A stretch of DNA of 64,000 nt from Candidatus Kapaibacterium sp. GTDB lineage: Bacteria; Patescibacteriota; Patescibacteriia; UBA9934. The stretch covers positions 355,431-419,430 of the forward strand of contig JBILHA010000001.1 in assembly GCA_044350705.1 (NCBI GenBank), written 5' to 3'. Positions 17,111 to 26,386 of the stretch are shown one piece after another. Position numbers and translations under genes: made by a program. The notes beneath the pieces are model-generated. The model was not told the origin of the DNA. It worked only from the letters and a program-made list of their open reading frames with translations, and did not search any database. Position 1 is the stretch's first letter. Each line of letters starts with the position of its first letter.

Positions 17111-17318
17111 CGTTTCTCCTGAATTGGCTGAAAAAGCGTAGCAAAAAATGCTGCTTTTTACAACTCTGTGAGGGTCTTTTTTCTCCTTTTTGATGACTCT
17201 TGTGGAAATGATTAGGTTTTCTTGACGTTATCCTGTATAGTTTCCTTGACCAAATACTTATTCTTTTCTATACTTATTGCGCTTTCAATTTAATGCTGAG
17301 AGCGCCACAAGCCCGCTT

Positions 17319-17534
17319 ATGGCGGAAAAACAATTCCTCGAAATTCGTGGGACGGTCCAAGAGGCCTTGCCCGCAGGCGCTTTCCGCGTCAAGTTAGAAA
17401 ACGACATGGAAGTTATCGCGCATCTTGCCGGTAAACTCCGTCAGTTCCGCATCCGGGTCATGCCGGGTGACGATGTCAAGTGTGAGATCAGTCCGTACGA
17501 TCTCACCAAGGCACGAATCACGTTCCGCTTCTAG
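17319..17534 (+). CDS. infA: Translation initiation factor IF-1
   Basis: [30 protein letters not shown]. Confidence 0.96.
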   Translation: MAEKQFLEIRGTVQEALPAGAFRVKLENDMEVIAHLAGKLRQFRIRVMPGDDVKCEISPYDLTKARITFRF

Positions 17535-17598
17535 CGGACGGCATCTCCTGCCTCTTCACAAAATCATCTTAGGTTTCCCAGGATGATTTTGTGTTATG

Positions 17599-17724
17599 GA
17601 GAACGCATTTATTTTGTCTATTTTCGTCCAGCTCCTTGCTTGTGTCGACGGCGTACTAAGAAGTACGCCTTGACGACCCAAGCGGCGTCGCAAGCCGAAA
17701 CTAGCCTAAAATAAATGCGTTCTC
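17599..17724. repeat. 126-bp palindromic (MITE-like) element between infA and rpmJ
   Basis: 17-bp terminal inverted repeats GAGAACGCATTTATTTT / AAAATAAATGCGTTCTC with central GGCGTACT-AAGA-AGTACGCC hairpin. Confidence 0.7.
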
Positions 17725-17767
17725 TCGCAGACGTATTTTTGTTCAGTTTAATTCATAAGCTTCGCGT

Positions 17768-17881
17768 ATGAAGGTTCGATCCTCAGTGAAGAAAATCTGC
17801 CGCGACTGCCAAGTTATCCGCCGTTTTGGTCGGGTGATGGTCGTGTGCAAGGCCCCGAAGCATAAACAGCGACAGGGTTAA
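17768..17881 (+). CDS. rpmJ: 50S ribosomal protein L36
   Basis: [37 protein letters not shown] (manual translation). Confidence 0.96.
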   Translation: MKVRSSVKKICRDCQVIRRFGRVMVVCKAPKHKQRQG

Positions 17882-17889
17882 TAAAAGCT

Positions 17890-18276
17890 ATGGCACGTAT
17901 TGCTGGAGTTGCACTCCCCTCACAAAAGCGCATCGTGATCGCGCTCCAATACATCTTTGGAGTTGGCGAGACACGTGCAAAGCAGGTACTTGCAAAGGCT
18001 CAGGTTGACGAGAATATTCGTGTAAAAGATCTCTCCGCAGATCAGGAAAACACGATCCGAACGATCGTGGAAAAAGAATATCGCGTTGAAGGTGACTTGC
18101 GCCGTGACGTTCTTTCGAACGTTAAGCGCTTGAAAGATATCGGTTCTTTCCGCGGAACGCGCCACGCAAAGGGTCTCCCTGCTCGTGGTCAGCGTACGAA
18201 GACGAATTCCCGCACGGTGCGTGGAAACGTTCGTAAGACTGCAGGAAGCGGTCGCCGCATGCTTACCAAGACCTAA
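17890..18276 (+). CDS. rpsM: 30S ribosomal protein S13
   Basis: [24 protein letters not shown]. Confidence 0.97.
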   Translation: MARIAGVALPSQKRIVIALQYIFGVGETRAKQVLAKAQVDENIRVKDLSADQENTIRTIVEKEYRVEGDLRRDVLSNVKRLKDIGSFRGTRHAKGLPARGQRTKTNSRTVRGNVRKTAGSGRRMLTKT

Positions 18277-18288
18277 TGCATTGATGCT

Positions 18289-18762
18289 ATGACTGAAGAA
18301 GTAAAAGACATCACCACTGCAGAAGGTGCTGAAGCAACCACTGCAGCTTCTGCGAAAGCAGGAAAGAAGTCTGATCGCGTACTTACCGCAAAGGGTAAAA
18401 AGCGCACGTTGAAACAGATTCCACAAGGCTGTGCGTACATTCACGCCAGCTACAACAACACCATTGTGTCCCTCACTGATCCTCATGGAAATCTTATTGC
18501 ATGGGCATCGGCTGGTAACTGTGGTTTTAAGGGTCCTAAAAAGGCTACTCCTTACGCTGCAAGCGTCGTAGTCAAGAAAGCTGCAGAAAAAGCAGCGGTA
18601 TACGGACTTAAAGATATTCAGGTGTTCGTAACGGGTATTGGTAACGGTCGTGATGGTGCTATGCGCGCGTTAAACGCAAATGGCTTCAACGTCCTCTCTC
18701 TCACCGACACCACGCCAGTTGCACACAACGGCTGCCGCCCACGTCGTGCACGCCGCGTGTAA
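18289..18762 (+). CDS. rpsK: 30S ribosomal protein S11 (N-terminal extension)
   Basis: ASYNNTIV, GFKGPKKATPYAA, HNGCRP. Confidence 0.97.
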   Translation: MTEEVKDITTAEGAEATTAASAKAGKKSDRVLTAKGKKRTLKQIPQGCAYIHASYNNTIVSLTDPHGNLIAWASAGNCGFKGPKKATPYAASVVVKKAAEKAAVYGLKDIQVFVTGIGNGRDGAMRALNANGFNVLSLTDTTPVAHNGCRPRRARRV

Positions 18763-18777
18763 TGCAGACATTATTCT

Positions 18778-19398
18778 ATGGGAAAAAATTTACGCCCACT
18801 TGGAAAGCTGAGCCGTCGCGAAGGCGTGCCCCTTTCCACTTCTACGAGCGTTCTCAAAGTCATGCAACGTCGTCCCTACGCTCCTGGCGTACACGGCAGT
18901 CCTTCCGCACGACCTGCAAAGGTTTCTGTGTACGGACAGCAGCTGCGTGAAAAGCAGAAGGCAAAGCGTTTGTACGGCATTTTGGAAAAGCAGTTCCGCA
19001 ACTACTTCACCAAGGCTGCTGCAATGGAAGGAAATACCGGTGAACACCTCTCTCGTTTGCTTGAAACTCGTCTTGATAACGTCGTGTATCGTCTCGGCTT
19101 TGCAAAGACCCGTCCTCAGGCACGTCAGATGGTTAGCCACTGCATGTTCATGGTCAATGGCAAGATGGTGAATATTCCGTCGTATCATGTACGGGTGAGC
19201 GACGTGGTAGAGATTCGTCCTGGGAAGCAAGCAAAGAAGGTTTTCTCCGATCTTGCTGAGCGCCTCAAGACGCATAAGGTTCCTGGGTGGCTTCATCTGG
19301 AGGAGATGAAGGGGAAGATAGTAAGTGCTCCAGCTGGTGAAGATCTCAAGGAAGCGTTCGATCCTACGTTAATCGTCGAATTCTATTCCATGCGCTAA
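18778..19398 (+). CDS. rpsD: 30S ribosomal protein S4
   Basis: QLREKQK, LETRLDNVVYRLGFA, ARQMVSH, IVEFYS. Confidence 0.97.
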   Translation: MGKNLRPLGKLSRREGVPLSTSTSVLKVMQRRPYAPGVHGSPSARPAKVSVYGQQLREKQKAKRLYGILEKQFRNYFTKAAAMEGNTGEHLSRLLETRLDNVVYRLGFAKTRPQARQMVSHCMFMVNGKMVNIPSYHVRVSDVVEIRPGKQAKKVFSDLAERLKTHKVPGWLHLEEMKGKIVSAPAGEDLKEAFDPTLIVEFYSMR

Positions 19399-19425
19399 GC
19401 GGTGCTTAGCCTAATCTTTATCCGT

Positions 19426-20178
19426 ATGGAGACCATTTTTCTTCCCTCAAAGATGCACATCGCCGCTGGCGACGCGCCAAATATGGCTACCCTTACCATT
19501 GAACCGCTCCACCATGGATACGGGACAACGGTAGGAAACGCTCTTCGTCGCGTGCTCTTGTCTTCTTTGCCTGGAGCTGCAGTCACTGCAGTGAAGATCA
19601 AGGGAGTGCAGCATGAATTTCAGGCGGTTACGGGTGTAAAGGAAGATGTCCTTGATATCATCCTTGCACTTAAACAACTCCGCATGAAGGTGCATGCCGA
19701 TGAAGCGGTGACGCTTAAGTTGACGAAGAAAGGCGAGGGTCCGGTAACCGCAGCAGACATTGAAAAGAATGCTGATGTGGAAATCGCGAATCCAGACTTG
19801 GTTCTCGCAACGATCACGACGGCATCTACGACGCTTGATATGGAAATTACCGTCTCTCGTGGACGTGGATTCCTTCCTACCGAGGAACGCGAAGATACTT
19901 CTTCCGATATCGGCGTGATGGCAATCGACGCGCTCTTTAGCCCGGTACGCCAGGTGAGCTTGAAGGTAGAAAATACGCGTGTTGGAGACATCACGAACTA
20001 CGATAAGCTCATCATGAACATTGAAACTGACGGTACGCTTGCTCCCTCCGATGCTCTTGAGCAAGCAACAAAGATTCTCATCAATCATTTTACGTGGATG
20101 CAGGGACAATTGAGCCATGCTTCACTGACTGAACAAATTGTTCGCGCAAAGGAGGAAGCGCCGAAGAATGACGAATAA
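19426..20178 (+). CDS. rpoA: RNA polymerase alpha subunit, lacking alpha-CTD
   Basis: GYGTTVGNALRRVLLSSLPG, GVKEDV, IDALFSPV, YDKL; only 250 aa. Confidence 0.96.
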   Translation: METIFLPSKMHIAAGDAPNMATLTIEPLHHGYGTTVGNALRRVLLSSLPGAAVTAVKIKGVQHEFQAVTGVKEDVLDIILALKQLRMKVHADEAVTLKLTKKGEGPVTAADIEKNADVEIANPDLVLATITTASTTLDMEITVSRGRGFLPTEEREDTSSDIGVMAIDALFSPVRQVSLKVENTRVGDITNYDKLIMNIETDGTLAPSDALEQATKILINHFTWMQGQLSHASLTEQIVRAKEEAPKNDE

Positions 20179-20183
20179 CCCCT

Positions 20184-20534
20184 ATGCGTCATAATAATAA
20201 AAATAAGATCTTGAGCCGCAAAGCTCCGCTTCGCAAGGCGCTCATCCGCGATCTCGTTACCGCCATGGTAACGCATGAACGTATTGAGACTCCTCTCGTA
20301 CGCGCAAAAGTTGCACGTCAGCAGCTCGAAAAGCTGGTGACGGTAGCAAAGACACCTTCGCTCCAGGCACGTCGTCGCCTTCTTGCATTCTTCACCACGG
20401 AACAGCCCGTGAATAAGATGTTGGAAGTGATCGGACCACGCTACAAGGATCGCAAGGGTGGATACACGCGTGTCATCAAGATGGGTACCCGTCTTGGAGA
20501 TGCTGCAGAAACCGCTATCATTGAATTCGTGTAG
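20184..20534 (+). CDS. rplQ: 50S ribosomal protein L17
   Basis: MRH, HERIET, RKGGYTRVIK, RLGDAA. Confidence 0.96.
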   Translation: MRHNNKNKILSRKAPLRKALIRDLVTAMVTHERIETPLVRAKVARQQLEKLVTVAKTPSLQARRRLLAFFTTEQPVNKMLEVIGPRYKDRKGGYTRVIKMGTRLGDAAETAIIEFV

Positions 20535-20535
20535 T

Positions 20536-20895
20536 ATGACGAAGCAAATTGAACGCAAGACCTACACGGTAGATGCTACCGATAAAGTTCTCGGTCGCTT
20601 GGCAACGGACATTGCTCGTCACCTTATGGGAAAGACGAGTACTTCCTTCCAGCCGCACCTTGATGTAGGCGATCACGTTACCGTTACCAACGTGGCAAAC
20701 ATGAAGGTAACTGGTAAGAAGTACGAACAGAAAGTTTATCATCATCACTCTGGTCATCCAGGTGGTATCAAGGCTAAGACGATGCGTCAGTTGTGGGAGC
20801 AAGATCCTGCACTTGTTCTTCGCGCAGCGGTTTCCCGTATGCTTCCTAAGAACAAGCACCGTGACACTCGTTTGCAGCGCCTCACTATTTCCTAA
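20536..20895 (+). CDS. rplM: 50S ribosomal protein L13
   Basis: VDATDKVLGRLAT, GDHV, HSGHPGG, AVSRMLPKN. Confidence 0.96.
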   Translation: MTKQIERKTYTVDATDKVLGRLATDIARHLMGKTSTSFQPHLDVGDHVTVTNVANMKVTGKKYEQKVYHHHSGHPGGIKAKTMRQLWEQDPALVLRAAVSRMLPKNKHRDTRLQRLTIS

Positions 20896-20900
20896 GGCAT

Positions 20901-21296
20901 ATGGCAGAACAGTATTTTCACTCCGTAGGTCGCCGTAAGACCGCAGTTGCCCAGGCACGTCTTTCCCCCGGTGGAAGCGGCAAGGTAACGGTCAATGACC
21001 GCCCCATGGAAGAGGTGTTTACCACCCAAACGCTCCAGCTTACCGTTGTTCGCCCTCTTGCTGAGTGTGGAAAGCGTGAAGCCTTTGATGTAGAAATCAA
21101 AACGGCAGGTGGAGGAATCGTTGGACAAGCAGAAGCTGCTCGTTTGGCGGTTGCTCGTGCGCTTGTCAAAATGGACGAGGCGCTCAAGCCAGCTCTCAAG
21201 GCTCCCGGTCTTCTTACCCGCGACCCTCGCAAGAAGGAGCGCAAGAAGCCAGGTAAACGCGGTGCACGTCGTTCACCACAGTGGCGCAAGCGTTAA
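20901..21296 (+). CDS. rpsI: 30S ribosomal protein S9
   Basis: GRRKTAVA, GGGIVGQAEA, LTRDPRKKERKKPG, PQWRKR. Confidence 0.97.
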   Translation: MAEQYFHSVGRRKTAVAQARLSPGGSGKVTVNDRPMEEVFTTQTLQLTVVRPLAECGKREAFDVEIKTAGGGIVGQAEAARLAVARALVKMDEALKPALKAPGLLTRDPRKKERKKPGKRGARRSPQWRKR

Positions 21297-21312
21297 TTGT
21301 AAAGGTTCTTTT

Positions 21313-21348
21313 TACAAACACCATCTCTTTTTTGGGATGGTGTTTGTA
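21313..21348 (+). terminator. Hairpin ending the ribosomal operon
   Basis: TACAAACACCATCTC-T6-GGGATGGTGTTTGTA. Confidence 0.65.
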
Positions 21349-21362
21349 TATAGGCAAGCGAT

Positions 21363-21412
21363 CATGTCGCTTCCCGTGATGCGCTTGATGGCGCATGACG
21401 GGAGGTGACATG
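21363..21412 (+). promoter_or_regulatory. Long hairpin sequestering the SD and start codon of the HNH-like gene
   Basis: CATGTCGCTTCCCGT pairs with ACGGGAGGTGACATG (2 G-U), continued by ATGCGC/GCGCAT. Confidence 0.7.
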
Positions 21413-21928
21413 GCACGACGCCGAGTATTGCACGGCGGCTACGAGCCGTCGCCGGCATTTTTACAAAACAATCCTGCCTGGCGGCGGCAGGGTGGAGGTG
21501 GTAAACCTCAGAGCGAGGCGACTTCGCTCCATCATCTTCTGCCCCGTTCGCGGGGCGGATCAAATGGCGGTACCAACCTGGTCCGCCTGCCTCATGCTTG
21601 GCATGAGGCGTGGCATTGGGCCTTCGGACTTGCCACGCCCGATGAGGCGGTGACGTGGCTTGCAGGTGGTGAGGAGTGTCCCCTGGAGGCGTGGGGGACG
21701 TGCGAGCCTTCAGAGATGAGGCTTCGCGCGCTGTTCCCCCTCTCGTCAGGGGGCTTCTCCCGTGCCCGCCTGGTTGCCCTGCTCACCGCGGTGCTGCAGG
21801 GGAATCTCGTGTGGAGTACTCGGGCCCTTCTCCGCTTTGCCGAGATGACCGAAAAGAAGAGCAGTCGCTTGGAATTGGCGGAGCGGGCCGTTCATGAGCG
21901 GCAAAGTCGTCGGCCGCTTCGCTACTAA
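21410..21928 (+). CDS. GC-rich HNH-motif protein (cassette E)
   Basis: SD GGAGGTG; HHLLPRSRGGSNGGTNLVRLPHAWHEAWH matches the HNH beta-beta-alpha-metal pattern. Confidence 0.7.
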   Translation: MARRRVLHGGYEPSPAFLQNNPAWRRQGGGGKPQSEATSLHHLLPRSRGGSNGGTNLVRLPHAWHEAWHWAFGLATPDEAVTWLAGGEECPLEAWGTCEPSEMRLRALFPLSSGGFSRARLVALLTAVLQGNLVWSTRALLRFAEMTEKKSSRLELAERAVHERQSRRPLRY

Positions 21929-21959
21929 ACCGCCACTTCCTCGCAAGGAAGTGGCGGTT
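21928..21959. terminator. Perfect 14-bp hairpin between convergent genes
   Basis: AACCGCCACTTCCT-CGCA-AGGAAGTGGCGGTT. Confidence 0.75.
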
Positions 21960-21965
21960 CATCGT

Positions 21966-23423
21966 TTATCGTTCGCTGTATTTTTTGTAGACGTCTTCTA
22001 CTCCGTATTTTTTTGCTACTCTGGCGGGACTCATGCCGCGTTGGAGATCTTCTGCGGCTTGTTTTGCCCGTTCGAAGTGAAGGCGATGCTTTTCTGGGTC
22101 GAAATTTTTGCTTCCTTCGGCTTTGATGCGCATGGCTTGCGTTTCGTTCATGCTGGAATCTTTGAGAATAATAGCTCCGAGCACGCCGCGTTTTGCCATG
22201 TTTGGCTTCATGCCGAGGGTAAGGAGCATGTCGTGCGTGCGGGACCAGATGGTTTCTCCGCGTTGAAGATAAGGATGCGTGAGAGTATTTTGGGAATTTT
22301 CTTGCATTTTTTCTGGGGCATTTCGCGCATCTTGCTCTTGTTCGTATGTATTTTGTGTAAGTGAGCTCTCATCTTTTTCTTGTGATACGGTTTCGTGCAT
22401 TTGTGGCTGTTCCTCTGCTTCGGGAGATTGCGTAAGGAGGGCGTATGCTGTTCCGAGATCGAGAGTGTTTCCTACGCGCATTTTAGGTGATCGTGCTGCG
22501 TCTCCGGTAATGTTGTTCGCCTCGCGTAGCTCTTTGACGAGGGTGAGCGTAAGGGTTCCATCGACATCTTCAGTGCCCACGGTTTCAATGAGCTCGTCCG
22601 CGATTTTCCAAAGACTATCCCCCTTTTTTAAGGTATACGTTATGGTCAGTGGCTCGGGGGGAGCAAGGGTTTCTTCTTTTGCGGTAGTTTCTTGGGGTGC
22701 TAGGGTGTGTGGTGAAACTTCCGATTCACGCTCATGCGTTTCTTCTTTTTGCGGATCTTGTTTGTCTGCTTCTTGGTTGATCATGTGTGTCAATCCTAAA
22801 AATCCTGCCACTGTGGCTACAAACTTTGCGATCCTTTTTTTCCAGTTGTTTGGTGCTGCTTTTTTTGGTGCAGATGGGACGAAATGGTGCGGTCTCTCGG
22901 TCCATGCCTCTGGACCGTCGGGAATTGGTATTTCTTTTGTGATAAGCGAGGGCTTGGGCATGGTGATCGCCGTAGGGGCTTTTTGCGGGGCGCTCGTATG
23001 TTCTTTGCTTGGTTCATCGTCTCTATTTTCTTTTTGTTCGTGTAGCGCTGCTCGTTCCTTGCTTTTACTCCCTGCATCGCCAGGGATGATGATAGCTTTT
23101 TTGTTATTTTCTTTACCTTCTTCTTCAGGGCCTTTCTCTTCTGGCGTATCCATGCTTTTTGCTAAAAGGGAGCCGCGAACCATTTCATGATATTCACTCT
23201 CAAGCATGATTCCAGAAGATCCGCGTTGTTCCGTGATAGGAGTTGCTGATGCGGTGTTTGCGGTGTTTTCTTGCGTATCGTTTTCGGTTTCTTCTGAAAG
23301 AGGGAAGAGTTCTTCTTTATCAAATTCTGGGTTGGATTCTCTTCTTCTTGCTATTTCTGCTTTTTGTTTTTCAGATAGCGGTATTCCATGTAAAAAAGGA
23401 TTTTTTGAGCTTCTTTCATTCAT
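21966..23423 (-). CDS. Single-TM protein with low-complexity N-terminus and LysM-like domain(s)
   Basis: TM FVATVAGFLGLTHMI; YTLKKGDSLWKIA...LREANNI LysM; second LQRGETIW motif. Confidence 0.75.
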   Translation of the reverse strand: MNERSSKNPFLHGIPLSEKQKAEIARRRESNPEFDKEELFPLSEETENDTQENTANTASATPITEQRGSSGIMLESEYHEMVRGSLLAKSMDTPEEKGPEEEGKENNKKAIIIPGDAGSKSKERAALHEQKENRDDEPSKEHTSAPQKAPTAITMPKPSLITKEIPIPDGPEAWTERPHHFVPSAPKKAAPNNWKKRIAKFVATVAGFLGLTHMINQEADKQDPQKEETHERESEVSPHTLAPQETTAKEETLAPPEPLTITYTLKKGDSLWKIADELIETVGTEDVDGTLTLTLVKELREANNITGDAARSPKMRVGNTLDLGTAYALLTQSPEAEEQPQMHETVSQEKDESSLTQNTYEQEQDARNAPEKMQENSQNTLTHPYLQRGETIWSRTHDMLLTLGMKPNMAKRGVLGAIILKDSSMNETQAMRIKAEGSKNFDPEKHRLHFERAKQAAEDLQRGMSPARVAKKYGVEDVYKKYSER

Positions 23424-23477
23424 ATCGCATGTAGTATATCAATTCTCTTTCACTTTCTGATAGGATATGCGCACGGT

Positions 23478-24926
23478 ATGTCCACACTTACAAAAAATAC
23501 ATTATTTCTTACGGTTGCTTCGGTAGGGCAGAAAGCGATTGCGTTCCTCTATTTTGCGCTTATTGCGAATCGTTTGGGCGATGAGTCTTTGCTTGGTGCG
23601 TATTTTCTCGCGCTTGCGCTTACAACTACCATTGGCGTTTTGGATGATTTGGGCATGACGTCGGTGGTTATTCGCGAAACGGCAAAAGCGCCACAAGAGG
23701 TAAAGCGATTATTGAAGAATGTTTTGGGATGGAAAGTATGCGCAATGCCTTTCACGGCGCTTCTTGGAGTATTTCTTCCTTCGGTTCTTGGTTTTTCTCC
23801 CGAGGCAACGCTTCTCGTGTGGTATGCCATTGGCGTCATGCTTGCCGATACACTCTCGGTTACTTTTTATGGCGCTTTGCGTGGTTTGCAGGTGGTGAAG
23901 TATGAGGCGTTGGGTATTTTTGTTGGACAATCGCTCACGACCGTGTTTGGTGCGAGTGCATTATTTTTTGCACCTTTTGATTTGCGCCTTTTGATTGTCG
24001 CTCTTCTTGTGGGGAGTGTATGGAATGCGCTGTTTAGCGCGGTACACGTTGCGCGACGCTTGGGAGCCTCTTCGCTTGTTCCTTCGTGGACCATGGGATT
24101 GGCGCCGCTTAAAATGGGATCGATGTTTTTTCTTGCGGCGCTTTTCGTGAAAATTTATTCGTACATTGATTCGTTTACGATCAAGATGGTGTTAGGGCAG
24201 GGGGCGGTTGGTGTATATAGCGTTGCGTATAAACTTGCGTATGCGTTTCAGTTTTTGCCGTTGGCGTTTGTTGGTGCGCTTTATCCAACCATGAGTGCGC
24301 AATTACATGATCGGGTGAAGTTGAAGGAAACGTTTTTGCAGTCGGAATGGTATTTGGCGCTTTTGGCCGCACCGGTTGTTTTTGGCTTGGCGGCGCTTGC
24401 TCCTGAGGTTATTGGGCTTGTGTATGGCGATCGGTACCTTGAGGCCGCTCCTGCGCTTCAAGCACTTCTTGTGGGGCTTTGGTTTATTTTTATGGATTTC
24501 CCCGTGGGTTCGCTCTTGAACGCTTCGGGTATGCAACATAAAAAGACTGCGGTGATGGGCGTTGCGATGGTGATTAATTTTATTGCGAATATTCTTTTGG
24601 TTCGTGCATTTGGCATTGTGGGAGCGGGATATTCGGCGATTCTTACGTTTGTTGCGTTGTTTGGTGCAGGATTTTACTTTGTTCGTTCGGTGGTGTCGGT
24701 CTCATTTCGAGAATGGTGGGGGAGTGTGCAGGGTGTTACTTTTGCAGGATTAGGCATGTTTGCAAGCGTACTCGTGCTGAAAGAAGTGTTTGGTATGGTG
24801 CATCCACTTGGATGGTTGTTAGCGATTCCTTGTGGAGCGGCGATCTTTTTTGCGCTTGGGTGGTGGTTTGGCGGAATTCGAAAAGATCATGTACAGTCGG
24901 TGAAACATCTTTTACGACGCAAGTAG
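23478..24926 (+). CDS. Polysaccharide flippase (Wzx/MOP family)
   Basis: Multi-TM; KNTLFL, DLGM, GVYSVAYKL, LYPTMS. Confidence 0.88.
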   Translation: MSTLTKNTLFLTVASVGQKAIAFLYFALIANRLGDESLLGAYFLALALTTTIGVLDDLGMTSVVIRETAKAPQEVKRLLKNVLGWKVCAMPFTALLGVFLPSVLGFSPEATLLVWYAIGVMLADTLSVTFYGALRGLQVVKYEALGIFVGQSLTTVFGASALFFAPFDLRLLIVALLVGSVWNALFSAVHVARRLGASSLVPSWTMGLAPLKMGSMFFLAALFVKIYSYIDSFTIKMVLGQGAVGVYSVAYKLAYAFQFLPLAFVGALYPTMSAQLHDRVKLKETFLQSEWYLALLAAPVVFGLAALAPEVIGLVYGDRYLEAAPALQALLVGLWFIFMDFPVGSLLNASGMQHKKTAVMGVAMVINFIANILLVRAFGIVGAGYSAILTFVALFGAGFYFVRSVVSVSFREWWGSVQGVTFAGLGMFASVLVLKEVFGMVHPLGWLLAIPCGAAIFFALGWWFGGIRKDHVQSVKHLLRRK

Positions 24927-24927
24927 T

Positions 24928-26055
24928 ATGTCGCGCATTCTTCTTCCCACTCCTGATGCGCCTCCAAAACGCGGTGGTGTTGCGCGGTATATTGGCGCCA
25001 TTCTCCGTGCACGACGTGATGTCGATGTACATGTTCTTTCAGATCGTGAGGGAACATTGGGAACGCTCCTTTTTCTCATGCAGTATTTGCGAGCGCATGA
25101 TGACGTGAGGGAGATTTGGACGCATCATGTTCTTCCCGTGGGAACGGCTTGTTTTTTTCTTTCGTTTTTTCTGGGTTGTTTTCGTAGATCGGTTCCTTCG
25201 TATACGGTGTTTTTGCATGGACTCGATTTTGATATGGCACGGAGGAATGCGTGGAAGCGATGGCTTACGCGATGTATTTTGCGTCGAGCTCGTGCCATTG
25301 TTGTAAATTCGGAAGGCCTTCGTGCTGAAGTGGAAGCGTTTTCTGGTCGGAATGACGTAGGCGTTCTTTATCCTTGCGTCGCGCAAGAACTTGTTGACGC
25401 TTCTGAGCATACGCGCAAAGGCCTTGTACACCGTACGCCTGAAGAGTTGGCGAAGCTTCTTGCTTCGGCGCTTGCGACAACAGCCGGTGTAGGTATTTCT
25501 TCATCAACAACGCATGCGAATGGCCCTGTTCGTTTGCTTACGGTTGCTCGCTTGGTTGCGCGCAAGGGGCATGAGAAGGTTTTGCGAGCTCTGTCACGCG
25601 TTCCGCGCGTTGCTTATACCATTGTGGGTGATGGCCCTGAGCTGGATCATCTTCGAAATATTGCGGAAGATGAGGGAGTAATTGATCGAGTGCAATTCCT
25701 CACGGAAATTTCTGATGAAGAGCTTCCTGCGCTTTACGTTGCGCATGACATTTTTGTTATGCCGACAACAAAGCATGCGTATGATCGCGAAGGTTTTGGT
25801 ATTGCCTATGCTGAAGCTGGACTCTTTGGTTTGCCATGTATCGCCACAGATATTTCCGGTGTGAATGAGGTCATTGAAGATGGAATTACCGGAATGCTTA
25901 TTTCTGATACGCCTGATGCCCTTGTTTCTGCGCTCACTCGTTTGGTTGAGTCACCCGGGCTCCGTTCTCGCATGGGTACCGCCGCCCGTGTGCGTGTTTT
26001 GGCGCATTTTACCGAAGCATGTTTTCGTGAGCGTCTCGCTCGTCTGCTTGCCTGA
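24928..26055 (+). CDS. Glycosyltransferase family 4
   Basis: GGVARY, VARLVARKG, EGFGIAYAEA. Confidence 0.92.
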   Translation: MSRILLPTPDAPPKRGGVARYIGAILRARRDVDVHVLSDREGTLGTLLFLMQYLRAHDDVREIWTHHVLPVGTACFFLSFFLGCFRRSVPSYTVFLHGLDFDMARRNAWKRWLTRCILRRARAIVVNSEGLRAEVEAFSGRNDVGVLYPCVAQELVDASEHTRKGLVHRTPEELAKLLASALATTAGVGISSSTTHANGPVRLLTVARLVARKGHEKVLRALSRVPRVAYTIVGDGPELDHLRNIAEDEGVIDRVQFLTEISDEELPALYVAHDIFVMPTTKHAYDREGFGIAYAEAGLFGLPCIATDISGVNEVIEDGITGMLISDTPDALVSALTRLVESPGLRSRMGTAARVRVLAHFTEACFRERLARLLA

Positions 26056-26253
26056 TGTTCATTTTTTTGATACGCTTTTGTCCCCTTTTGGAGGTGTGGA
26101 TTGTGGATCTCGCGTGTATGCTTCGCTCTGGCCGCTGTTTACTTTCTCTTCTTCTTGCTTTGTTCTTTTTGGGGTGATGCGTTCGCTGCGCTTATTCTCC
26201 GGGGAGGTGCGCATCGGACTCACTTTCTTGTGCTTTGGGAAGTGAGTGAGAGG

Positions 26254-26361
26254 ATGGTGACTGTATTTGCGGTTCTCTCGCTCATCTTCGGCTCGTTCGC
26301 GGGCCTGTTCGCCATCATTGAGGCTGTCGTTCGGCCTCGTCGGACCGGATATTTGGGCTAA
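26254..26361 (+). CDS. Small hydrophobic orphan peptide (cassette F, 35 aa)
   Basis: MVTVFAVLSLIFGSFAGLFAIIEAVVRPRRTGYLG; purine-rich leader with a hairpin; own GC terminator; start uncertain (ORF open from 26101). Confidence 0.5.
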   Translation: MVTVFAVLSLIFGSFAGLFAIIEAVVRPRRTGYLG

Positions 26362-26386
26362 GGGCTCAATTCTTGGTCGTTTTCTC

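Noticed and set aside
16632-17141. 169-aa plus-strand ORF
   Set aside because: Antisense to two SD-led minus-strand peptides and starts inside a terminator hairpin
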